From Antedon mediterranea (taxonomy: Eukaryota > Animalia > Echinodermata), in contig NC_092680.1 of NCBI RefSeq assembly GCF_964355755.1, positions 3,596,001 through 3,660,000 on the forward strand: a DNA stretch of 64,000 bases, given 5' to 3'. Within the stretch, counting starts at the first letter, position 1. Each line of letters begins with the position of its first letter. A program made the position numbers and the translations under genes. Shown here piece after piece: positions 1 through 12,700 of this stretch. The notes below the pieces were generated by a model. It was not told the origin of the DNA. It searched no databases and saw nothing but the letters and a program-made list of their open reading frames with translations.

Positions 1-11
1 TAAAATTCTTA

Positions 12-182
12 TTATTTATCTCTTTTATACATTTTAACAATTCCTAATCGATGTAATTGTTCCCATAATTTGTTTTCGGCCCCATTATCATGATTTGCAT
101 AATTTACATGTCTCTGATATTTTGTATCGTAATAATGTTCAGAATATTTTACATAGCTGCCACCAAAGCCATAAATATCAAC
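12..182 (-). CDS. Duplicated (putative alternative) terminal exon of the sialyltransferase
   Basis: Polypyrimidine tract + AG at 184-183; phase 0; open frame [56 protein letters not shown]; 41/55 aa identical to exon 770-937. Confidence 0.75.
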   Translation of the reverse strand, partial: VDIYGFGGSYVKYSEHYYDTKYQRHVNYANHDNGAENKLWEQLHRLGIVKMYKRDK

Positions 183-769
183 CTAAAAAAAAAGAAAAGT
201 TTTATGAATAACAAGGTCAGAGGTTAGGGGTCATTTGGTTTATAGATTGGACACAATTCATACAATTTCATTTGTCATTAAGGATATAGCTTGCTATCAA
301 AGGTAAATTTAATGTCTGGTAACTTCATTTATGAAGACAAGAATTGTGCACGCCAATCAAAAAACGCTGTAGTAAAAAAATAAACCTGACTGACTGATCG
401 CAGCATTTATAAATGGATTTTAGATACAATATATAATGTTCAGAATTGATTAGTAGAAATGTATAAACAAACACATAGTAGATGTTAGACTTCTTAATCT
501 TTTTTATGTTAGTCCACCAGTCAGCATTTTGATTTTTTTTGTCTGAAAATACGTATGAAACGCCATATTTATCTTTTTACTAATTTCGGTCTAGAATTTA
601 TACTTAGTAGATGTTAGTCAATGTAATGTAGTAGTCCATTAATAACAACGAAATTGATCTATATCAATTATAGTACAACTTATATCAATGATGGTGTTAT
701 GGCTGCAATGTAGTCACTAGCAGTATAGCAATGGGTTTATGATCCTCAAATACTCCTTTAAATAGATTT

Positions 770-3700
770 CTAATCTCTTTTATACATTTTAACAATTCCT
801 AATTGATGCAAATTTTCCCATAATTCGTTTTCTGCTTTATTATCGTGGTTTGCAAAAAATCTATGTTTCTGGTAAGTTTTTTCGTAATAATGTTCAGAGA
901 ACTTATCATAGCTTCCTCCAAAACCATAAATATCAATCTGGAACACAAAAACGTTGAAGATAGTTAAATACGAATGTACGTTCCATAAAAAGATATGGTA
1001 AAAAGAACAGTTGGAAGAAGTGTTCATCAGGATGAGGATATGGAATAAAGGCCATCATTCAAGAATAAATTGGCAGCAAAGTCAAGCAAGGCCAGGGTCA
1101 GATAAGGTCAAATAAGATCAGGGTCAATCAAGGTCAAATAAATGCAGTAAGTTCAAATAAGACTAACATCAAATAAGGTCAATGTCAAATAGAGACAGGT
1201 CAAAATAAGATCATGGTCAAATAAAGTTAAATTCAAGTAGATTAAGGTCAGGTATGGTTAGGGTCAAGAAAAGTCAAGGTTGAGTAACAGTACTTATGGC
1301 AAGTTGTTGGTGAAGACGACAGATTCCGTACCAAAGAGTAACATTGGAGTCAATTAGAATAATATGACGTTTTTATAATCAACAAACATGACTTGTACCT
1401 CCATCGTCTGTATTACCATCAAAAAAAAAAATTTCTAATTTCACTGCTCATTACTGTAGTAGTTGCATCTTCAGTATATACCTATGGAGTATGGGCTCTA
1501 AAATTACTCTATTCATCTAAGGGGACCTGCCCATTGTAATGTTCCAGTTAAAAGAATATGGTATAGTTGCATTTAAAGTAGTAAATAGATTTTATATACA
1601 GGCACCTTTCAATTCATGTCATCTGATTGGTCTAGTTATTGCCATGTCCTCGACCTACAGACTGGCTAAACTGCGCATGTCTGTTTCATCTTAAATAACG
1701 ATGATGATGATGGACTGAGCGGACAGATCATGTTTCTCTCTGAAAACTATCTTATAATGAATAAACTATCTTTAATAATACAACCAGATCTGTACACACG
1801 TGCAACGTGAAGATTGTGTAGCTAGCCCTAGCATAGCCTACGATGGTTAACTTGTGTAGATGTAGTTGACTTAGAGGATTTAGTAAGTTTAGCAGCCAGT
1901 AAAAATATGAAGAAACAAATAAAGTATGCTTTTTGAATATTATTGCATATTTGGAAGCAAAATATTATCAAATGCACGCCTTTTGATGTTTGCTCCTTCG
2001 CAGCGAAAGAACGATGAACTGTGCCAACCAAGTCCATGTTATGCGTTCACTTCGGCCTAGCCTACAACCGAATTGTGTGGTACAGTGTATAAAACAAATA
2101 TATACTGGCCTTTCATTGAGACATGGTGATCTAAAGACTATACTATCTCCTGAGACGAAGTTGAGAATATAGGAAAAAAATGTTTATGTGTGTAATGTAT
2201 CGTTTCGTTATTGTCTAGAACTATCTATTTACTTCTTCTTTATTGTATCAAATTAAAACAATTTAAAATACAAAAGGTAGCCAAGATATAGCAGAAGCTA
2301 ATCAAGCTTGGTACCTTTTATCTTAACTAACTATACTATATAGTATGTCTCCAGATCACAGAGGGCTACATTTTTAACCATGCCCCTCAGCCCAGTCAAT
2401 ATTTGTATCGTATTGGTATACTAAAACATATTCTAGTTTTAATATAGCATGGTATAGCAGTATAGTGGGATTTGTATAGCAGTATTGTATAGCATTAGCA
2501 CGGTATGTGTAGTATTGGTACAGTAACATTAGTATAGTATAGTATTAGTATGGTAGATTAGATAAAAACATTCATGCAGCACCACATACTGTATATAAAT
2601 ACCGTATATATTTGAATAAACTCCCGCTTTGAATAACCCCCAGGGCCCTTAATTATTCACAAAACATTTCTATTTGTAATAGAATTCATTGATTGACATG
2701 ATCTACAATTTACCAAGCATTTTGATAATTTTGATGATTTGATTTTTTACTGTATTTTATCACTTCTCGATATTAATTGTGTTGTAGTATTTTTTATCTA
2801 GAAGTATTTATTTGATTAGACATAATAAACCCTTACCTCGAATAAACGCCTCCCTCGAAAAAAAAAAATAAAACATGGGCGTTTATTCAAATAAATACGG
2901 TAGTACAATGTTTTATAGTATATTATATTCATAGTAACATTGATTCATATAATAATGATTTTACATTATAGGCCAAACATTTACCATCTAGCGATTAGTT
3001 GAAAAAGCATCATGTGATTGAGTGGCCGACAGTGGAACCGTAATTATGTTGCCATAACATCGGCAGGGGTTCGAGGCTCACTCACTCCATGGTTCTGGTG
3101 GTAGAACGAGTCTTCTCGGATAAGGATTATAAACCGTAGGTCCAGTGTACACATCTAGCTCGTGTGCACTTTAAAGAACCTAGTACATCTTTCGAGACAA
3201 GTAGGAGTTACCCCGGTGTATTAGTTCATCACAGCCACTGATCATAACTGGGCCCTCTGGGAGACCAGTCTTTGACTGAAGAGGTCGCCCCAGTATAAAT
3301 AAATATTATTTCAATTCAATCAATTAGGTGGGGATTCTATGTCAGAACGTAGGCATAGTAATTAAACTACAATAGTATTTACTATTCCCTGTAAAAATTA
3401 CATGGCCTGGCCTCTACTTTGGTTTGCAATTTAATGGAAGCGGCGGATAAATTGAATAAAAATTTACTTTAAATGTTTGCTCTATACTATAAAAAAGAGT
3501 TCTGGTTTAAACTAAAGGCAGAGGTGTCTGAAATAATAGGCACAGAGGTCCATAGTTTTAACCAGAAAAATAACATATAATTGTATTTAATAGAAGCTTC
3601 AACTTCTACACAATACAAAGGCAAAGTGCAACGAAATTAATTTGACCAATCACAATGCGATAGATCATAATCCATTGTGTCGTGATTGGTCAATTTAACT

Positions 3701-6700
3701 ACTTGCATTGCAAAATCTGGTAGAAGGGAAGCTATCACGACAGCCCTTGCTTGGTAAGCATGCTCAAATGATCTTAATGCTCTGTTGCTTATTGTGTAGC
3801 ATGCAATTTTGCAGCTTCAAATAGCATCTTTATAAACGCAGCGACCTGTATAGTAATTATATAAAGTAGAACACCTTCTTAGGACCTCCTATTCAGGGGA
3901 CAGTTTCGAATTAAATGAATTAGGGGCAAAATATGTTTTTCTTGGTCAGGTGTTACCTTAAAGATGTATTATCCCCCTGAAAAATAATTGTTAACAATTT
4001 TTTTGCTGAATATGCCATTTTATTGTCACATAATAGTTATCCACTTTAACAAAAAAATGGATCTAAACAAATTTTATTTATCTGAAAAAAACTGTAATTT
4101 AAAGCAAAAATGATCAAATTGGCTGTCAGCCAATGGATTTCTTCGTTGAATTTAACTATTTATTATGTTATTTTATATAAAGTGAAAACATTTTTGTTTT
4201 CGTTTTTTGTCTTCGGAAGTGATTAACTACAAAATAACCTATTCAAAATCTGATTTAATTATTCTTCATTTTTCATGTTTTTTAGGGGACAATACATCTT
4301 TAATAAACTGTCTCGCAGGGGCGTTCCCTTAATGGGGGTTCTATTCTATATAATAGTAATCAAACAAACTAACCTGATCACATGTATGTAATGCCGTCAA
4401 TAACATAATAGCACCTGTTGTAGGACGATGTACATTTTTATGTTGATGTTTTGAATTCACCCAACTAAACAAACAATAGATAATCAATCAACATATGACC
4501 TTAAAATTAAAATGTCAATATCAAATCCCAAATACGATTACTTAAGTTTGGTCTAAAGTGAGACAATTCGGCCCACAAAGTGGGACATTTCAGTCTGAAA
4601 GTTTGGACCAAATCGTCCTGGAATCATACAAAACACTACCTTGTTGTAAAAATTACAATAAATACTATCGTATCATAAACACCAGACCTAGATATTTGTT
4701 TGTGTAGAGGGAAGGGTACTGTACTGTTAGAGGCATACTGCCTTTCTAATGCCTCGTTAATAGTGCAGTCAATCTTTCTACTATCATTAAATATTATCTA
4801 TTTGCAAGTCATAAACATACATAATTTGTATATTCTATGTAAAAATTTCAGGCTGCTGTTTTGTAGTCTCTGCCGTCTTTTAATATGATTGGTATTTCCA
4901 GTTTTCTTAAGCTCTGTCTACACTATCAAACCAGTTTGACAAAAAAAGGTGACAAATATGGTAGTGATATTCCCAAATAAGGTAGTGATCTGACATCATC
5001 ATGTCATGGGCACATTACATTTTCTTACCTCCATTTAAGATATCTTTCAAAATCAGGATGTACAACTTTTACATTGTCCTTATTTAATCCTTTTGGGAAT
5101 TTTGGAGGACTCCTGAAATAAGAAAATAAACAGATTTTTATGTTTTTTTTTTTAAATTTTTACACCATCCAACAGTAGCAACATGACTAGCCTGCCAACT
5201 TTTTCAGTGGGCAATTAGTGAGACATTAAAGATGTATTGTCCCCCAAAAACATGAAATTCAGAAAATTAATTTAATTAGACTTTGAATAGGTTATTTTAT
5301 AGTTTTAATAAAGTTAATCCCTTCCGTAAAAAAAACCCCCAAAAATAATGTTTTTTCATATAAAATGACAAATAAATGGTCAAATTCAAAAACACCTATT
5401 TGCTGGCAGCAAAGTTGACTATTTTTGCTCTAAATTACAGTTTTTTCATGTAAATACATTTTTTTTTCGATTCAATTTTGTTCAAAGTCAATAAATATTA
5501 TGTGAAATTTAAATGGCATATTAAACAAACAAAATATAAAAAATATTTTTATAAATTTTTAATTATTTTTTTCAGGGGACAATACATGTTTAAATAAGAA
5601 TTATATATAGCAAGATGTGCTACGTCTATTGTGTTAACTTACCTATGGTATTTACCACTGCTATATGGTGGAGATTTATCATGCAAAACTGCATTTAAAT
5701 ATTCATACGTCCATGGACTATCAGCAAAAAGTAAATATCTTATTCCCTGCAATAATTAAAAATGTAATTAATAAAAAATAATTGCTTCACATATAATAAA
5801 ACTGAATTAACAAAATAATCAGAAATAATTTGACTTAATCAACACAGGTACAGTAGTGTGATATTGATTTCACGTTCAATGAACTGTTGATTGTCTAAAC
5901 ATACAACTTGTGATCTTGGCACCAAAAACAAAAACCAACCATCAGCTGAATAAATACCGTATCACTGCACAGATATCTAATACTTAAGTTTTATTTTTTG
6001 TGTTAATAATTTTTTGTAAATAACCAAGTGACCAACCACAAGCAATAGTTGCGTGAACACAAGCAATGGTCGTGTGACCACAGGCAATATTCATGTGACC
6101 ACAAGCAATGGTCGTGTGACCACAAGCAATTATCATGTGACTCATGGCAATGGTCGTATGACCACAAGCAATGGTTGTGTGACCACAGGCAAGAGTCGAG
6201 TGACCAAAAGCAATAGTCATGTGACCAAAAGCAATAGTCATGTGACCACAAGCAATAGTCATGTGACCACAGGCAATAGTCATGTGACCACAGGCAATAG
6301 TCATGTGACAACAGGCAATAGTCATGTGACCACAGGCAATAGTCATGTGACCACAGGCAATGTGAGTGAGTTTTGAAACAGCACTACAATACTTCTACAA
6401 ACCTCTTGATAAGGCGGTGAGCGAAATCCATAACGCGCACTTCCGCGTAACGTGTTAGATAATGTGATCAACGTAAAACAGTAGAATGAAGTACGACTAC
6501 CAACGTCTTCTTCAAATCCAGTCGTTAGTGCTGTGTTTACCCTAAATAAATAAGAGTAATATATTATGCAAACATTGCATGGAGGTGAAATATAACATCT
6601 GGCATCCATGAGGGAATGGTATTTTTCTTCGAGGGACTGTATTTTCCCTTACCAAATTACGTTCACATATTTACATAGGTTATGTAATATAAATTTTACA

Positions 6701-9700
6701 TTTTGTCTTAATTATTGTCTCATACTAGAAGAACAGCTGCATATAAAATTTCAAAATTCAATTCTTGATATGGTTTGGGCGGCCTTTTTTATCATCCTCA
6801 TAGATTTCTTCATCTTTAATAATTTAATTGATTAATTTTCAGTATATGACAGAGTCAATTATAATTTCTTTTATTCTATGCCTGTACATTTGTATATAAA
6901 TGATTAAAATATATTTTTTCCATTTTCAATAAATTTTATAATCAGTGAAAATATTTTATTTATTTTACTTCAATAGATTGTAAGTCACTACTCAAACAGC
7001 TGAGCATACAAGGTTTTGTGAATATTTGATGAGTTATACTTGAGTTATACCAAAGAATATATATCACAAGAATGAGTATTCCGCGATTTTTGCATGAGAA
7101 ATTTGTAACAGAGAGCTCCAGAGAGTGATGCCCGCCCTCATAAGGGCGGATGTATACATACTAAATAAGACTTGATTTAATAGATATTATACATGTCACA
7201 TTAAATAGAATTATGATAATAGTTTTGCAATTGTAAACGGCCTATTCCTTACCATTGCCCGTGTAATACTCTACGCCCGGTAAATTAAGTATTGTTTTTA
7301 TGATATAAATTAGTATAAAATACATGTTATTAATAGGAAAAAATGTTAAATGTCATTAACATTTATTTGTTTTACCAGAAACAAGTTAAATATAGGAATA
7401 TTATTAAACTATCCTACGTGAAAACGCGTAAACACCAACACGCCCGGTCACGCTATTGTAGCGCCCGGTTGATAAAGCAAACTGTTTATACGGCAGTTTT
7501 TACTAAATAAATTGCATAAAACGAACAATTAAATATCCAAATAGTATTTAACATGATGTTGGCATGTAGTTGATAACATTTTTTATCATGAAAATACTAC
7601 CGGTGGTCCAGCCTTTGATTAGTGAAAAACTGAAACCGTCACAAAAAGTTGTATACATCCCAGATACATCCACACTTATGGCGGCGCCCTACCACATGGA
7701 CAATATTACTGTTACAGGGAAAATCGCGGATTACTCATTCTTGTGATATATATTCTTTGGTTATACTATCAGGGATGTCACCAGCTTTTTGGAGTGCCGG
7801 TCGGCAAATTTCCCGGGGGGGGGGGGGACCCCGGGGTATCCTCCCGGGGGGTTTGTCGTTATTTCTGCGAAACATAAAGAATTATGAAAATAAATAACAA
7901 CAAATTGCGTCAGGTCTAGGCCTAACCTTGTACCACCGGGGAGTCGCCGTTATTATTCGCGAAAACAAAAAAACGCTCACGAAATGAATAGCAATAGATC
8001 GCGTCAGGCTTAGGCCTAGCCTTGTAGACACTACGACCACTAGGCCTAGCCAAGGATTAGATAGATGCCCAAAACCCAAAATCTGAATTCCACAAAAACG
8101 GGCGCTTCTTTATTTAGGCCTAATCCCTAATCAAATAATGTAGATAAATTTTTAGCCTAGACCTTACTACTTGTTGCTCGATATAATGTTCGTGTTCCTT
8201 TGCGCGAGAGTTTTTTTAGCGTATTCGCGAATTCCGGATTTTTTGTTTCACAACTGTGCGGCAAGCATGTAGTGCATGGCCGGCAAGAACAGAGACACGT
8301 GTTTATGGGTTAACTGAAGTTTAGCAACCTGAAGTTATCCCAGGGACGTGTAATTATTGTACCATGCTCGGCGATCATAAACGAACGAACTTGCCCGGTC
8401 TCACTGAACCATGCGCATGTTTTTTTATTTTTTTTAATAGTTCAAAAATGTAAAACTAGTAACATAATAATTATAAAGCAGGGTGACAAAACATTCAGCA
8501 ATTAAAAATGATTTTGTTTGGGTCTATGTAGTTGTACATTTTTAATTACTGCGTACTTGTTTGTATTTTTAATCTGTGCAAAATAAAACGCTTGAATGGT
8601 CGCTATGTGAACTTTAAACTTGTACACTGTGCTGTGTAGCACGTTGTTCGCCATGACTCACAAGCTGTAACAATGAATACCAGGGCAGGGTAGGTCTGGT
8701 ATTGTGTTACAAATAAAGTAACGTACGTAACCACGGAAACATTTGCTGTAGTCTTTTGTCTTATCTATATGAGGCTAGCTTGTCTGTTATTAACAATGTG
8801 CTAGGTAAAATGTTTTAGTACGAATTTTAGTTAGGCCTAGGCCTAATATAAATATCGTAATGATTAATAAATAATAGTGGTGGTCGACAGCCTGTAAATC
8901 CTGGTCGGAAATGTTGAGTGCTGGTCGGGGCCGACCAGCGCCGACCAGCGTGGTGACATCCCTGTACTGTAACATTGCATCTGTTATTTCAATCAAAAAT
9001 TTAATTTCAATTAGAAACATTAATCAAAGGCAAGGAACAATTTTTATTAGAATCGAACATTTTATATCACGTACAGTGACGTTACAAAACGTTCTGTTTA
9101 CGGTTTTAGCGAAACGCAACCAACATTTTTTATCAGCAATCTGCGGATAACCAATTAATAAATAAGTTTAGGTAGCAGCATTAATATTGAACTGGAACTA
9201 AAGGAAATTATAGGATGTATGGTTCACTGGTCAAACAGCGACTAATGTTGACATTAGGTGGTTGACTAAATGCTTATTTTTAGCTAAATGGTACTCTCTT
9301 AAGCTCTGTTTACACTATCAAACATTATGTGACAAAAACATTTCACTGAGGTAATATGTCACTCGGTCTCTGGGCAACTGTTCTCTGAGATAACGCCACA
9401 TTCTCTGTATGATTTTCTGGGCTTTACACAGTAAAGATATACAGTATGGTATATTTCTTTCGGCCACTCACTCACTTATGGGTAGCAATTACCTACTGTA
9501 TAATGCATGTATGTATTTAACCAAAGCTCTATCTACACTATCAAACTTTGTGTGATAAAAAATTATGATGCAGCCAAATATGGTAGTGATATGCTTAAAT
9601 ATGGTAGTGATATGACATCATCCTCATCATTGATTACCTGAACACATAATCATGGGCATCAATTTCTTGCCCTTTTCTTGATCCGTTCATAATGCCTCCA

Positions 9701-12700
9701 TTACCTATGATAGCACAAGTGATACAGCCTCCTTTTGGTTTTCCATTATTTAACCTATCATCAAACATGTATCGGTTATTTGGTGAAGATAGTCCTTCCA
9801 ATGCTCCCTTCACCTCTGCAGAAAAAGATACAATATTAATAGTAAATGATGTATCAAATATGGTTTGACTTCACTACAGATCTATAGATGTGTACACCAT
9901 ATATCCTCAGGTATAACCCCACTCCCTACTTTATGAAGGATTTCACAAACAGGCATACTGTATAGTCCCAGTATCGACTTTTGGTATGGTTGTAGGCCTT
10001 TCAGTTCCGAAGGGTTTTTACAAGAAATTCTTACCATTCATTTTTTTTCTGAACCAGGGTTTCTCTGGGTATACAGTAGTCCCACCCCACAATTTCGTGT
10101 TCTAGGGTGTGAGATCAAACCGGAGAATGTACGGTATTAATGCAATAATTCTTTTTGCTACGTGATGTGAAAGCTTTGTCTAATACTATCAAACTAGTTT
10201 GACAAAAAAAGTGTGATGACATTCCCAAATATGGTAGTGCTATATGTGCTATTTTTTTTGTCACATAAAGGTTGATAGTGTAGACAGAGCTTAAGTCTGC
10301 TGAAATTGAAAAGTGTACCTACCGTCTGTATCAGAATCTAGATATCCATTTACGCCATGATATTTACTTAATCTTTGAAACTCAGAATTTGTGAAGTGTT
10401 TATCCCAGATGAGGACCGGCATATCAGCAATGTACCTGGACTGCATTTCAGGCATTGTCATCATTTTGCGCCTTACACTTGTTGGACAACTCTACATAAA
10501 GCACAAATTAACATTTTTGTAATGTACAATAGCATCGAAAAGATTATCAATTTTAATTTTTTATTTTCCCAACCAACAGTAAACTCAAGGTTCAACACTT
10601 AAGGAGGGAACAATGAATATCTTCGTCGTCCTAGAATTCAACATTTTTTTTAGGGGGGGGGGGGGGGAAATGCAACCAATCATGTGTTCATGATCACTCA
10701 TGCGAATCGAAAAGCACACCAAACACCCAATGGATATAAAAATCGCAGCTATTCGCTCTTGTGCTTATTTTGTATCCCATTCCATTAAAAATGTTGATGA
10801 TTGATAAAACAATTTACCTAGTGTAAAACAGGCTTTAAGAGGACACCTTCGGAGCTATTTAGATTGAAATAACTTTACAAAATAATTCTGTATTGAATCA
10901 ATAAAAGTATTTTGACTTGATAATATCTAAAACACTGTATAAACACACATGATAATTTATGTCAAATATTACATAGGTCAGACACCTTAATTAATCAATA
11001 AGTGGCTACAAAAAATCTATTATTTTATAGACTGTTACATTGCAGCTGTTGAGGCTGGCAAGAGGACACATATTGACACGCATGGCATAACAGTAACCTA
11101 TACAGACAACAACAAAAAATTTAATTAAGTTAAAACATCAAAGATTCACAATCTAACTAAAATTTTATTAGAAATTGGTATAAAGCAATTGTTAGTGTTG
11201 TTTATGCATATCATGTTTATAATTAATACTAATAATATAATAAAATTTAAGCTTGTTAAGCTGGTTGTCCATTAAGCAAATTTGATGTGTGAATTGAATC
11301 GAAAAAAATGTCAGCTTATTAAATATTTATTCGTTTATCTTCAAAATCTCTTTACTCCAACAAATGAAACTTTTTATTTTCGTATCATTTAAATTAGTAC
11401 TTTTTTGCGAAGGGAAAAATTATGCAACCAATCAGAACTCGGAAATTCAAAAAGACACGAAATGGAATTGAAAATTGAAGCTATTCCCACTTGTACGTGT
11501 GTACATTTATATTTTCTAATTTTAGTTTAAAATAAATTTACCATATGACGACGAAAGAAGAAAATGAGTCTATAAATACTGTGGTTTGTGGAGATGTAAT
11601 TGTAATGGATGTTGCATTAATGCATTATTAATATCCAATTAATTTATTGTAAGAAGTAATTAGCGAGTACGATATTAATTATGAATGTTTAATTAAGCTA
11701 CTACATTATTAATTGTAGTTTAGTGGTTTACATGCTTGCCTACCAATCCCAGGGCCATTGGTTCAACTCCTTCAATGCACTTTCACACTTTTAATTACTG
11801 TAATCTGTGAGTACAACATTTATTATGTATAGTTTGTTTGATTGAGCTACTGTACTACTGTATATCATTAATTATCATGGTTGCCTACATATCCCAGGGT
11901 TGTAGGTTCAAATCACACTTTTAATTACTACATATTTCCACCATGATTACTGTAATCCATGAGTACTAAATTTATTATATGTTTGAATTGATTAAGCTAC
12001 TATTGTATCATTAATTATCATGATTGCCTACTTACCCCAGGGTTGTAGGTTCAAATCATGGCACTGTACATTTTTAAGGATGTGTATATCACACTACCCA
12101 AAGCCCATTCAGGTAAATCAAATGTACTGTATCTATCTATCTTCAAAATTCCTTTCTGTGAAAAATTCTGGTTCCTTAGAGTTTTTTGCTTAATGAAATT
12201 AGTAGTTAATACATTTTTTTATACTCTTTCCCGGAAGAAAATATGTTTAACCAATCAGAACTCAGGAAATGAGTTATCATGTGTTCATGAGCACATGCAA
12301 ATCGAACAGATTAGATAAAAAGAAAGTAGAAAACAGAGAAGCTAAAATTTTTCTTTACAAAAATGTTGAACTGACATAAATAAATTTGCATACAATAGTG
12401 GAAAACAGGGCTACAGTCAGAAAGCCTCGATTCTTTTTCTTCATACAATACCGTCAATACGCACATTTTTTTCCCCCAACAAGTTCCACCAATCGGATGA
12501 TAACAGAGTAAAATGATTTTCTGTACCATACCGGAGAAGATTACACAAACCAACAGTGGTGTTGACAGTCTATTTATACTGTACCTAGCTTACTTGCATA
12601 AAGGCCAATCTACACAGACAAGTGGCAACGGTTAAGAGGAAATCAGCGTACCTTGTCTCGCGTAGAATCTGTATCTATCCTGAGTGGAAACCATTGTGTA

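Noticed and set aside
1010-1032. CTGATGA on the minus strand as another hammerhead
   Set aside because: No stem II or GAAA follows.
5984-6376. Three overlapping repetitive ORFs (MTIACGH, SHDYCLW, NSHVTTG repeats)
   Set aside because: By-products of a 21-bp intronic minisatellite; no splice or start context.
11035-11097. Possible short alternative terminal exon ([20 protein letters not shown]) in the sialyltransferase intron
   Set aside because: Only an AG and a short open frame; no homology or other support.
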